Below, piece after piece: positions 9,571 to 18,452 of a stretch of 39,783 bases of DNA. The first letter of the stretch is position 1. Every line of letters starts with the position of its first letter. Below the pieces are notes generated by a model. That model was not told the origin of the DNA. It worked only from the letters and a program-made list of their open reading frames with translations, and searched no databases. This DNA comes from Candidatus Moraniibacteriota bacterium (GTDB lineage Bacteria; Patescibacteriota; Minisyncoccia; Moranbacterales; DUUL01). The position numbers and the translations under genes are program-made. Location: contig DUUL01000030.1 in assembly GCA_012841575.1 (NCBI GenBank), positions 1 through 39,783 of the forward strand, written 5' to 3'.

Positions 9571-9846
9571 TCATTCCTGACTTTTTCGCTGCAGTTTCTT
9601 GGCTAGATTACGAACACCTTGCTTGGCTTCAGGAGAAAGTTGTTTTCTATTTTCACTACTCAAAAAAGCACCTGCCTCTCCAATCAGGTTGTCAGCAAAA
9701 TCCTCTAGATTATTATTTTTTTGTTTTTTAACATCTACTTCCGGCTGCACAACAACCTCACCATTTTCACGTCGAATAGACTCTCCACTCTTTTTTCTTA
9801 TAATAGTAACCTTTTCTTTAGAAGATCCTGGTTTAAAGCTTTCCAT
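9571..9846 (-). CDS. Small hypothetical protein
   Basis: 91-aa ATG ORF 18 bp downstream of rmuC on the same strand; charged composition. Confidence 0.6.
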   Translation of the reverse strand: MESFKPGSSKEKVTIIRKKSGESIRRENGEVVVQPEVDVKKQKNNNLEDFADNLIGEAGAFLSSENRKQLSPEAKQGVRNLAKKLQRKSQE

Positions 9847-9864
9847 TGATTAATTTTTTAAAAA

Positions 9865-11037
9865 TTAAATTTCTAATGCAGGGCGTTTCAATTCCTCTGT
9901 TTCTAGCTCTAATCCCTTCTCTGAGCCAGTTATCTTAATTACATCCTTATCTACTTTGCCCAATTCCTTGTGAGAATTATTGTAATGCCCTACTACAGTA
10001 GACAAGCTCTTACCCAATCTAGAATGATAGTCTTCGTATTTTTTTAAATGAACTCCTAATTGCTCTACTCTTTTTTGAATTTCCTTAGCAGATTCTTCAA
10101 TTTTCAGTGCTCGTAAGCCTTGTAGTACTGTTTGCAAATAAGCCAAAAAAGAAGTCGGGGAAACAATAATTACATGCTTATCTCGAAAAGCATATTCAAT
10201 TAAATCACGTGAAGAAACACCAGAAGAAACAGTTGAGGAGAGCAAGTCATAATAGAGCGACTCAGAAGGAATAAACATGAAAGCAAAGTCGACTGTATTT
10301 TCTTTGGGACGGACATATTTAGCTGTTTCGTCGATTCGATTTTTTAAGTCTAATTTGAGTTTTTTTTGCAATTCTTTTCTTAAGTCTCCATCATTACAAT
10401 TCAAAATCTTTTCATAGGTTTCCAATGAGAACTTGGAGTCAATTGGTATAATTTTTTTGTCGACAAATACTACTGCATCAACCGCCTCACCATTTTTAAA
10501 CCGATACTGCATTTGGTAGCTATTCGGCGGCAAAACATTTTTCAAGGATTCCTCTAGATAGTATTCTCCCAACACTCCTCGTTGTTTTGGGTTTTTCAAA
10601 ATATCCTGCAAACTTTTTAGTTGTTCGGAAAAACCAACTACTTGCCGATTAGTCTCCTCCAAGCGAGTTATCTTTTCGGTTACCTCTTTAATCGACACTT
10701 GTGAATACTGACTCATTTCATTAAATTGCTTTGTCACATTATCCAACAACACCCGACTTTCCTTTGAAACATCACTCATAAAACGATTACTCTCTTGAAA
10801 CTGACCTTGAGTAATTTTGTTGGTTTCAGATAATTTGCTGTCAAGTATTTTTGAATTTTCAGACAACTTATACTCTAGAGTTTGAGACAAATGATTTAGT
10901 TGCTCCTGCAACAACAACACAGACCTATCATCTGTTTGTGTTTTTTCTAATTGTGTAATTTTCTGATTAATTAGAGCGTAAATAACAATCACTCCAATAA
11001 TAATTACTCCAATAATAATTATTACTTCTAAACTCAT
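9865..11037 (-). CDS. rmuC: DNA recombination protein RmuC
   Basis: N-terminal TM and coiled coil, NPKQRGVLGEYYLE, IPIDSKFSL, TVDFAFMFIPSESLY and IIVSPTSFLAYL motifs. Confidence 0.95.
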   Translation of the reverse strand: MSLEVIIIIGVIIIGVIVIYALINQKITQLEKTQTDDRSVLLLQEQLNHLSQTLEYKLSENSKILDSKLSETNKITQGQFQESNRFMSDVSKESRVLLDNVTKQFNEMSQYSQVSIKEVTEKITRLEETNRQVVGFSEQLKSLQDILKNPKQRGVLGEYYLEESLKNVLPPNSYQMQYRFKNGEAVDAVVFVDKKIIPIDSKFSLETYEKILNCNDGDLRKELQKKLKLDLKNRIDETAKYVRPKENTVDFAFMFIPSESLYYDLLSSTVSSGVSSRDLIEYAFRDKHVIIVSPTSFLAYLQTVLQGLRALKIEESAKEIQKRVEQLGVHLKKYEDYHSRLGKSLSTVVGHYNNSHKELGKVDKDVIKITGSEKGLELETEELKRPALEI

Positions 11038-11059
11038 GATCTTTTTAATTTTTATTAAA

Positions 11060-11971
11060 TTAACCTTGTGCTAAGCGACTCAAACGATCCCATTCTGCGT
11101 CAGTTTCTTGTTGAATTTTAGCAATTATATCAGTACCATCTGGCCTTTTAAAAATATGCTTAAATCGACCTTGTGTCTGCAAAAATTCCTCCACAGAGAC
11201 TTTTTGCTTGGGATTATAGCTTATTTTATACTGACTATTTTCTACTTCATATAGTGGCCAAAAATTAGTCTCTGTTGCAAGCTTAGCAACGTCAATTGTT
11301 ACACTAGTGGAAATTTTCCAAACCAGTACACAAGGAGAGAAGACTAGTAAAAATTTTGGACCTTTGATGGAAAAAGCTTTTTTAACCTTTGCCTCAAAGT
11401 CATTTAAAAAGCCTATATTAGCTGTTGCTGCATAGGGAATTTTATGCCCCACTACAATATCCATAATATTCTTCCGCCCAGCTATTTTCCCAATAGATTT
11501 TTTCCCAGCTGGTGTTGTTTCTGTCGTGCTAGCATAAGGGGTGCCTCCACTGCGCTGTCCACCTGTATTCATATAGGCACCGTTATCATAGCAAACAAAC
11601 AAGAAATCATGTCCTCGCTCTAAAGCACCGCTCAATGCCTGCAGTCCAATATCATAAGTTCCACCATCACCAGCAAAAGCCACAATCTTCAAATTATCTT
11701 CACTAATCTTACCTTTTTTTAAAAGTGCTTTTTTAGCAGTTTCAATCCCAGAGACAGTAGCGCCCGCATTAGCAAAGGCACTGTGAATATAAGGAACTTT
11801 CCAGGAGGTATTTGGATAAACAGTTGTTGTTACTTCCATGCAACCAGTGGCATTTGTTACCACAACTGGATCCTCAGTTGCGTTCAAAACTGTTCGCGTC
11901 ACAATTCCGATCGGACAACCAGCGCAAGTAGTAGTTGGTGTAAATTTTTGTTCTTCAAAATGATTTTGCAT
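11060..11971 (-). CDS. porB: Pyruvate:ferredoxin oxidoreductase beta subunit
   Basis: CAGC, NATGCMEV, TPP-binding GDGGTYDIGLQALSG...YDNGAYMNTGGQRS and FSPC. Confidence 0.95.
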   Translation of the reverse strand: MQNHFEEQKFTPTTTCAGCPIGIVTRTVLNATEDPVVVTNATGCMEVTTTVYPNTSWKVPYIHSAFANAGATVSGIETAKKALLKKGKISEDNLKIVAFAGDGGTYDIGLQALSGALERGHDFLFVCYDNGAYMNTGGQRSGGTPYASTTETTPAGKKSIGKIAGRKNIMDIVVGHKIPYAATANIGFLNDFEAKVKKAFSIKGPKFLLVFSPCVLVWKISTSVTIDVAKLATETNFWPLYEVENSQYKISYNPKQKVSVEEFLQTQGRFKHIFKRPDGTDIIAKIQQETDAEWDRLSRLAQG

Positions 11972-11992
11972 ATAATTATTTGCACTTAGTTT

Positions 11993-13117
11993 TTAAATCA
12001 AAAAGCTTCTTACTTCTCCTGTAAAAATTTTTTCAACCTCCTCTTCACTAATTTCTCGTCCACCTAAACCATACACCACTGAATTAATCGGTCTTTTTAG
12101 AGCAATCTCAACATTTCCAGCTAGAACTTGACTCGTTCCAAAAGATAAATTTTTGTCCAAAACAAACACCTGTTCAACATCTTTCAACGCCTGATAAACT
12201 GCTTCAACTGGCCAGGGGCGAAAAAGACGAATTTTTAACAAACCAACTTTCTGACCTCTTCCTCTCAATTTATCTACCGTTGCTTTAATCGTACCACAGG
12301 TTGATCCCATTGCTACAATTACTTTCTCTGCATCATCTAGCTGGTAAGACTCCACTAAATCATATTTTCTACCCGAAATCTTTTCGAAATCACTTACTAT
12401 CTCCAAAAACTTACTTTCTGCTTCTTGCATCGCATCATAAACCTGCTTGCGAAAATTAAAATAACTCTCTGGCAATGCAATTGCTCCAAAAGTTTTTGGC
12501 TCATTAAAGTCAAACAAAGTTTGTGTTGGCTGATACTCACCAACAAATTCCTTAACTGCTTGATCAGTCATAATTTCTACATTTTCCACACTGTGCGAAG
12601 TAATAAATCCGTCCATATTAGGTGCAACTGGAAGTAAAGCTTTTTCTGCTAATTTGGTTCCAATAATCAAATTGTCATAGGCTTCCTGCACGCTTTCTGC
12701 AAATAGTTGAATCCAACCAAAATCACGCATTGCCATTGCGTCAGAATGATCGCCGTGAATATTAAGTGGACCAGAAATTGCACGAGTGGAAACTGCCATT
12801 ACAATCGGTAAGCGCATTGCACTAGCAATTGGCAACATTTCCATCATATACATAATCCCTTGACTAGAGGAAGCCGTCATCGAGCGAGCTCCGGCTGCAG
12901 CCGATCCAATACAGGCACTCATTGCACTGTGCTCTGATTCTACTGGAATGATTTCCGTATATGCATTACCATCAGCCACTTCCTGCGCAAAATATTCCAC
13001 AATCGGCGTTTGCGGAGTAATTGGATACACTGCCATAACATCTGGATTGATTTGTCGAATCGCCTCACCCACCGCAAATCCTCCAGTAATTGCTTTTTTA
13101 ATTTGTTTATTTTTCAT
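11993..13117 (-). CDS. porA: Pyruvate:ferredoxin oxidoreductase alpha subunit
   Basis: YPITPQT, VESEHSAMSACIG, NIHGDHSD and KIRLFRPWP motifs. Confidence 0.95.
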   Translation of the reverse strand: MKNKQIKKAITGGFAVGEAIRQINPDVMAVYPITPQTPIVEYFAQEVADGNAYTEIIPVESEHSAMSACIGSAAAGARSMTASSSQGIMYMMEMLPIASAMRLPIVMAVSTRAISGPLNIHGDHSDAMAMRDFGWIQLFAESVQEAYDNLIIGTKLAEKALLPVAPNMDGFITSHSVENVEIMTDQAVKEFVGEYQPTQTLFDFNEPKTFGAIALPESYFNFRKQVYDAMQEAESKFLEIVSDFEKISGRKYDLVESYQLDDAEKVIVAMGSTCGTIKATVDKLRGRGQKVGLLKIRLFRPWPVEAVYQALKDVEQVFVLDKNLSFGTSQVLAGNVEIALKRPINSVVYGLGGREISEEEVEKIFTGEVRSFLI

Positions 13118-13144
13118 GATAATATCGTTCTAAAAAATTTATCT

Positions 13145-13453
13145 TTATTTTTTCCGCATCTGAATCGCTTTTGTTGGACAAACTGTCGGACAGATTCCAC
13201 AGCCCTTACACCATTCTAAATCTGCCACTGCTTTTTTCCCTTTAGGAGTTTTAATTAATTTAATTGCTCCTTCTGGACAATGTTTGACACAAATCCCACA
13301 ACCAATACACTTATCATGATCATAGACTGGAAACTCCGTTTTCCATTCACCTACTTTTGGATAGAACTCAATTTCATTTTTGATTACCGCGCCCAACTCA
13401 AGATCATCATTTCCTTTTTCATCTAAATTATTATTCTCTTGATTATTTTTCAT
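13145..13453 (-). CDS. porD: Pyruvate:ferredoxin oxidoreductase delta subunit (2x[4Fe-4S])
   Basis: GEWKTEFP, CIGCGICVKHCP and CKGCGICPTVCP motifs. Confidence 0.95.
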   Translation of the reverse strand: MKNNQENNNLDEKGNDDLELGAVIKNEIEFYPKVGEWKTEFPVYDHDKCIGCGICVKHCPEGAIKLIKTPKGKKAVADLEWCKGCGICPTVCPTKAIQMRKK

Positions 13454-13484
13454 TTAATTTAAAAGGTTATTTAAAAAAATAAAG

Positions 13485-14063
13485 TTACACCTCTTCACTC
13501 AATGCACTCTGTCGAATAGCTTCAATATTTTTTTCAGTCTTATCCTCTCCTATTTTAGGTAAATATTTACTTCTAAAGACAGTCATAATATCCTCCGCGT
13601 CCACAATCTTAGTTGTCTGAGCAAATTTTCCCAAAATAACCACATTTGGTCTTGACTCGCCAACAATCTTCTCCGCTAAACCAGTAGCATCAACCACAAT
13701 CACTTCTAATTTTCCTGAAAACTTGCTTTTTATTTCCTGCTTTGTTTTCTTGCTATTTACCACCATTACTCCCCTCTCTAAAAAATAATCTGATAAGTCG
13801 CTTTTCAATTTATCTGTCTCTAATAGCGTTTCATCCAGAACCAAGATACAATCTGCCTCTTGCACTGACTGATGTGTTTTTATTGGCTCCTCTGCAATTC
13901 GAACAAAAGCTCGAACCGGTGCCCCAGATCGCTCCGGACCAAATTCTGGGAAAGATTGAACGTATTTTTCTTTTAACGCAGCCGCCTGAGTAATTAATTC
14001 CGCTGTAGTTTTTCCTCCCTGACCACCCCGTCCATAAACAATAATTTCATAATTTTTTTTCAT
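13485..14063 (-). CDS. porC: Pyruvate:ferredoxin oxidoreductase gamma subunit
   Basis: GRGGQGGKT and SFPEFGPERSGAPVRAFVRI motifs. Confidence 0.95.
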   Translation of the reverse strand: MKKNYEIIVYGRGGQGGKTTAELITQAAALKEKYVQSFPEFGPERSGAPVRAFVRIAEEPIKTHQSVQEADCILVLDETLLETDKLKSDLSDYFLERGVMVVNSKKTKQEIKSKFSGKLEVIVVDATGLAEKIVGESRPNVVILGKFAQTTKIVDAEDIMTVFRSKYLPKIGEDKTEKNIEAIRQSALSEEV

Positions 14064-14133
14064 CTTTTTTTGTTTTATTTCTTAGGGAAAATAATCTTAC
14101 TTCGTTCTGAAAGTATTAATTGTGACTAAACTA

Positions 14134-14170
14134 GAACCGAGTGTTGTTTAAACCTGAATACACTCGGCTC
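14134..14170 (-). terminator. Stem-loop between the DsbA-like gene and porC (possible terminator)
   Basis: Minus strand GAGCCGAGTGT...ACACTCGGTTC 11-bp stem with a 15-nt loop and only a weak U tract. Confidence 0.45.
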
Positions 14171-14207
14171 CTAATTAACCAAAATTAGCAAGAATTCTTA
14201 AAAATCA

Positions 14208-15338
14208 CTATTTTTCTAACTGCAGCTGGATCATTTCCTTAATTTTCTCCTTGGTTACGACCCCTCCAGCAAAATTATCACCAATGAAACTTGCAGGCGT
14301 ACCAGAAACTCCATACGCTCTTGCTTCTGTAACATCCTCTTGAATTTCTTTAAGATATTTATCGTCTTCCATGCACTGATCATATTTAGCAAGGTCTAAA
14401 CCAACCTGACGAGCATAGCTTTTAAAGGCTTCTTTTCCAGTGCTACTCTCCCAATCCTTCTGCTTCGCGTAAAGCACCTCACTTAAATTCCAAAACTTAT
14501 CTGACCCTTGCTCATTAGCACAACGTGCTGCTAAGGCAGCATTCATTGCTTGCGGATGAAAATCCAAAGGAAAATCCTTGTAAGTAAGTGCTACTTGATC
14601 TTTAAATTCTTTGGCAACAGCCACAATTTCTTCAAAGTACTTAGAACAAAACGGGCATTGGTAGTCAGAGTAGACAATTAGCTTGACTTCAGCCTCTCGA
14701 TTACCAATAACAGGATCGGTCTCTCTAATCTCCGGCATACTTAGATATTTCCCCACTGGGGCACCCATCCCGACTATATCTAAAACATACTTATCAGCTT
14801 GCTCCTGAAACAATATCTTCGCCTCTTCTTTGTAAAAGCTAGTTTGATCAATTTCCTTCGCAAAAACTAAACTCGGAACCACTGTCAAATTATGCTTTTT
14901 AATTAGCTGTTTTCCCTCCTGAGAATCAGCTGTGACTGTTTTCACTACCATTGTAGGTAAAAAGCGCTTAATCCACTTCGCCACTTCTGTCGCATCACAA
15001 TTCGGACACTCCTTTGCCTCCTCTTCGCTTACTGTTAGAGCAGTAACTTCAATCACTGGATCAGGATAGGCAACCCAAGTCTTGTTATTTTTCTCATCCT
15101 GAAAAACTTCCATATTCTTAAGAGCTTTTTGGGAATAACCTCGACCAGCAAAAAATTGTGCAATGTCAACAAAAAAACTACCCACAACAATCCCTCCCAA
15201 AAGAATAGTCAGTGCTAATAGATTTTTAAACCTTTCTTGTTGTTCTTTTTTTTCTTCTGATTCCTCAAAAGTTACCCTGCTTTCCTCTTGAGAATTCTCC
15301 CCCCAATCTTTTTCCTCTTTTTTTTCTTCCAACATCAC
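14208..15338 (-). CDS. Membrane-anchored DsbA-family protein with a second N-terminal thioredoxin-like CxxC domain
   Basis: TM anchor, CPNC motif, and a C-terminal YSDYQCPFC...DFPLDFH...GVSGTP domain (Thioredoxin_4/BdbD type). Alternative ATG at 15335. Confidence 0.9.
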   Translation of the reverse strand: MMLEEKKEEKDWGENSQEESRVTFEESEEKKEQQERFKNLLALTILLGGIVVGSFFVDIAQFFAGRGYSQKALKNMEVFQDEKNNKTWVAYPDPVIEVTALTVSEEEAKECPNCDATEVAKWIKRFLPTMVVKTVTADSQEGKQLIKKHNLTVVPSLVFAKEIDQTSFYKEEAKILFQEQADKYVLDIVGMGAPVGKYLSMPEIRETDPVIGNREAEVKLIVYSDYQCPFCSKYFEEIVAVAKEFKDQVALTYKDFPLDFHPQAMNAALAARCANEQGSDKFWNLSEVLYAKQKDWESSTGKEAFKSYARQVGLDLAKYDQCMEDDKYLKEIQEDVTEARAYGVSGTPASFIGDNFAGGVVTKEKIKEMIQLQLEK

Positions 15339-15400
15339 TTTAAAAAATTAATTTTAATGAGTTAGCTTTTAAACCAACCCTCCCTCCTTTTTTAATAATA

Positions 15401-15670
15401 TTATTCAGCAATTTCCTCTAAAACAGCTTCTGAGTCAAGCATTTCCTCTGAAGCAAAAAAATCTAAATCACTCTTAAATTGAATTTCTTTGTAATCCTCG
15501 GCTCCAATTGTCCAACCAGCTTCAGCAGCATAATTTTTCGCTAAAATTCCTAAGCCAACTCCAATCAAAAAAATGACTACTCCGATTGCTAAGCTTTTAT
15601 TGCTGACCATTTTAGAAACTCCCTCCCTCTTAAAGTCATTGCCCTCCCCTCCTAAAAGATTATTTTCCAT
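15401..15670 (-). CDS. Small single-TM hypothetical protein
   Basis: 89-aa ORF with TM LAIGVVIFLIGVGLGILA followed by TIGAEDY. Confidence 0.65.
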   Translation of the reverse strand: MENNLLGGEGNDFKREGVSKMVSNKSLAIGVVIFLIGVGLGILAKNYAAEAGWTIGAEDYKEIQFKSDLDFFASEEMLDSEAVLEEIAE

Positions 15671-15912
15671 ATTTCTACAATCTTTAAAAATTAACTAGAA
15701 ACTTAAGAGATTAAACTAGCCTTAACAAATCATTCGACTCTCCTTCAATACACTCTAACATACCCAAGCAGCACTGACAACCTTGACAAATCAAATTATT
15801 CTTACTTAAGTAAAAATTAAATTATATAGTTTTTGATTGTTAAAAATGGTAGTTGTAAAATATTTTTTTTCCGTTATACTTCTATCAAAGTCAATTTAAT
15901 CTTCAATTAGTC

Positions 15913-17496
15913 ATGACTAAGCCTAAACGACAACTTTTTTTTCTTCTCTTTTTTCTTCTCTTCATTATCACCGCTCCGATTGTGATCCTTCGTGCACGAG
16001 GCTATTTGTTTGATTGGAATAATAACATTTTTGTTTTTAGCGGCTCAGTTTCAGTCAAAAGTTGGCCACGCAACATTGATATCTACCTCGATGGAGAAAA
16101 ACAAAAATATCGTGATTTAAATATCATTAATCACACCATGAGCATCAATGCAATTCGACCAGGACAATACCACTTGCGTTGCGAAAAACCCGGCTATACT
16201 TCTTGGCAAAAAAATATTAATGTTCACTCAGGAATCTCCACAGAGTTTTGGAATGTTACTCTCTTTCCCCTGGAAAATATGAAAAAGGAGACCTTCTCAA
16301 CTCCCTCCATTGAACAGTTCTTCATCTCCCCAAGAACTAAAGAAGAGCTAGTTTATTTTTCTCGTGACAAAGATGATTTTGTCGTCTCACTCCTTAATAC
16401 AAAAACTAATCGCTCAGAAGAAATTTATCGATCTGCCGAATTCGAATTTGTCGAATCAGAAAAAAAGGAGAATGTTGAATGGAGTAGTGACAACAAAAGT
16501 CTCCTAATTCCAGTAATAAATAAAACAACTAAGGAAAAAGATTACTTAGTTGCACCAATTCGTCGAACTCGATTAGGAAAAATAATCAAGGTTTCCGATT
16601 TATTTGCTGAACAAAAAACTGTTCTTGCTGACCAAATCAATCAGGCTGAAAAAGAATCAGATTCAATTGCAGCTGTCATAGAAAAAGATCAAGAGAATTT
16701 AAAGCCTTTCAAAATAAATCAAGTACGCTGGATGTTCAACCAAAATAAGGAAATTGTGGTTTTGACAGAAAGGCAACAACTTTTTTACGTTAATATTGAA
16801 AAGCCTAATAATAAGATTTTACTTGATGAGGCAGTTAGCGGATTCAACTTTGCAGGCAATCGCATCTACTATTCAAAACTGCCCAATAATCTGATCTGGG
16901 AAATAAAAAATAATGATATAACCACCAAAAGACAAATTACCTTCAGTGATATCCCTACTCCTGAAAACTCGTTTGTTTCTCTAAACACTTTTGATCAATA
17001 TCGAATTGCGACCATCACTTCAAATAAAGAATTGTTTTTGCACAATGAAGAAAAAGAAAAGGGTGAACGTTTTTTCGGAAAAATTGACGACGGTGTTTCT
17101 GGAATCCAATTCAGTAACGATGGTGAAAAAATGCTCTATTGGAAAGATAATGAAGTATTCGCTATTATGTTGCGGGATTGGGAGGCTCAGCCTGTTCGAA
17201 AAAAGGGAGACAAGATTTTCATCACTCGCTTTAGCTCTCCTATTAAAAATACCCAGTGGCTAGAAGACTATGAAAATATTCTATTCTCCAGTGATAGCAC
17301 TGTAAAAGTAGCGGAGCTGGATAATCGTGACCATATCAATATCGTTGATGTTCTTAATTTTAACGACTACTCTTTAGCTGATCGAGATTTAATTTATGAT
17401 AAATCTAATCAACTACTTTACGCTCGCTCCAATAAAGAAGGTTCTTTTCAATTAGAGTCATTCTTATTAATTGACAAAGAAACTCTAATTTTCTAA
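15913..17496 (+). CDS. PEGA-domain protein with C-terminal beta-propeller
   Basis: N-terminal anchor plus ARGYLFD, SVKSWPRNIDIYLDG...PGQYHLRCEKPGYTSWQK (PEGA), and WSSDNK / FSNDGEK repeats. Confidence 0.85.
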   Translation: MTKPKRQLFFLLFFLLFIITAPIVILRARGYLFDWNNNIFVFSGSVSVKSWPRNIDIYLDGEKQKYRDLNIINHTMSINAIRPGQYHLRCEKPGYTSWQKNINVHSGISTEFWNVTLFPLENMKKETFSTPSIEQFFISPRTKEELVYFSRDKDDFVVSLLNTKTNRSEEIYRSAEFEFVESEKKENVEWSSDNKSLLIPVINKTTKEKDYLVAPIRRTRLGKIIKVSDLFAEQKTVLADQINQAEKESDSIAAVIEKDQENLKPFKINQVRWMFNQNKEIVVLTERQQLFYVNIEKPNNKILLDEAVSGFNFAGNRIYYSKLPNNLIWEIKNNDITTKRQITFSDIPTPENSFVSLNTFDQYRIATITSNKELFLHNEEKEKGERFFGKIDDGVSGIQFSNDGEKMLYWKDNEVFAIMLRDWEAQPVRKKGDKIFITRFSSPIKNTQWLEDYENILFSSDSTVKVAELDNRDHINIVDVLNFNDYSLADRDLIYDKSNQLLYARSNKEGSFQLESFLLIDKETLIF

Positions 17497-17522
17497 AAAA
17501 TCTTAATTGATTGATAGAGCAA

Positions 17523-17552
17523 TTTAAAGACAACCTTTCGGTTGTCTTTAAA
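17523..17552. terminator. Bidirectional terminator between the PEGA gene and groES
   Basis: Perfect 13-bp stem TTTAAAGACAACC-TTTC-GGTTGTCTTTAAA. Confidence 0.8.
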
Positions 17553-17575
17553 AATTCAAAATTATTTTGACTGCA

Positions 17576-17857
17576 CTACTCTTCGATTATTCCCAAGATG
17601 TCCTCCTTTGCATTCAATATAATCATTTCTTTGCCATCAACCTTTATCTCATCGCCACCATATTTCTTGAACAATACTTTTACTCCTTTTTTAATTGACT
17701 CAGGAATTTTAGAAGAATCTCCGACTGCAACCACCTTGCCTTCTTGTGGTTTTTCTTTATCTGCCGTATCAGGCAATACAATTCCTCCACTTGTCTTTTC
17801 TTCTTTAGCAATTAATTCAACTAAAACATTTTTACCTAAAGGTTTAATCTTTTTCAT
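17576..17857 (-). CDS. groES: Co-chaperonin GroES
   Basis: IKPLGKNVLV, TSGGIVLPDTADKEKPQEGKVVAVG, KYGGDEIKVDG and EDILGII. Confidence 0.97.
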   Translation of the reverse strand: MKKIKPLGKNVLVELIAKEEKTSGGIVLPDTADKEKPQEGKVVAVGDSSKIPESIKKGVKVLFKKYGGDEIKVDGKEMIILNAKEDILGIIEE

Positions 17858-17941
17858 TCTTTTGAAAATTAATTATTAACTTTTAACCTCTATAGTTATT
17901 TAAATTGACTCACAAGTAGTCATAAGCAAACTATTTTCCTG

Positions 17942-17970
17942 ATTTTATCCAAAGTTCTTTTTATTGTCAA
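17942..17970 (-). promoter_or_regulatory. Sigma70 promoter for groES
   Basis: Minus strand TTGACA (17970-17965), 17 nt, TAAAAT (17947-17942). Confidence 0.7.
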
Positions 17971-17981
17971 ATTAACTAATG

Positions 17982-18368
17982 CTATCTGTTATCAGCATTC
18001 TTATTTATGCAACGCCCTTTCCGACAAGCACAATCCCTCTCTTCATAGGCCGCTGCCGGATTAAAATTTAACATACACTCATCGGGTTTTTTAAAGTCAT
18101 ATTCAAACCTCTTATTAATACATTCTGTTGGATGACAGCTAGGTAGAGGAATGCAATCTTCTTGCACTTGACACAATTGACGCTCCGCCAAAAAACCGTC
18201 CGTCTCAACCTCTTCATTCAAAGTTACTTCTTTTCCTAAAAGTTTCCCCTTCACAACCGCCCACTCTTCTTCACTTAAAAACAGATAGATTGTACCCAAA
18301 AAAACCAATAGCATAAAAATCAGTAAAATAAAAAAAGGAATAATAGTTTTATTTTTCTCTCGCACCAC
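17982..18368 (-). CDS. Membrane-anchored protein with an eight-cysteine extracellular domain
   Basis: N-terminal TM, then CQVQEDC...SCHPTEC...EC...DCACRKGRC (8 Cys). Confidence 0.75.
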   Translation of the reverse strand: MVREKNKTIIPFFILLIFMLLVFLGTIYLFLSEEEWAVVKGKLLGKEVTLNEEVETDGFLAERQLCQVQEDCIPLPSCHPTECINKRFEYDFKKPDECMLNFNPAAAYEERDCACRKGRCINKNADNR

Positions 18369-18452
18369 TTTAAAGTTATTTTAATTTAAAAAGTGTCAAC
18401 ATTAAGTTGACTAAACCAAACTTAGTTTAGCAAATTTAATTAAAAAAACAAA

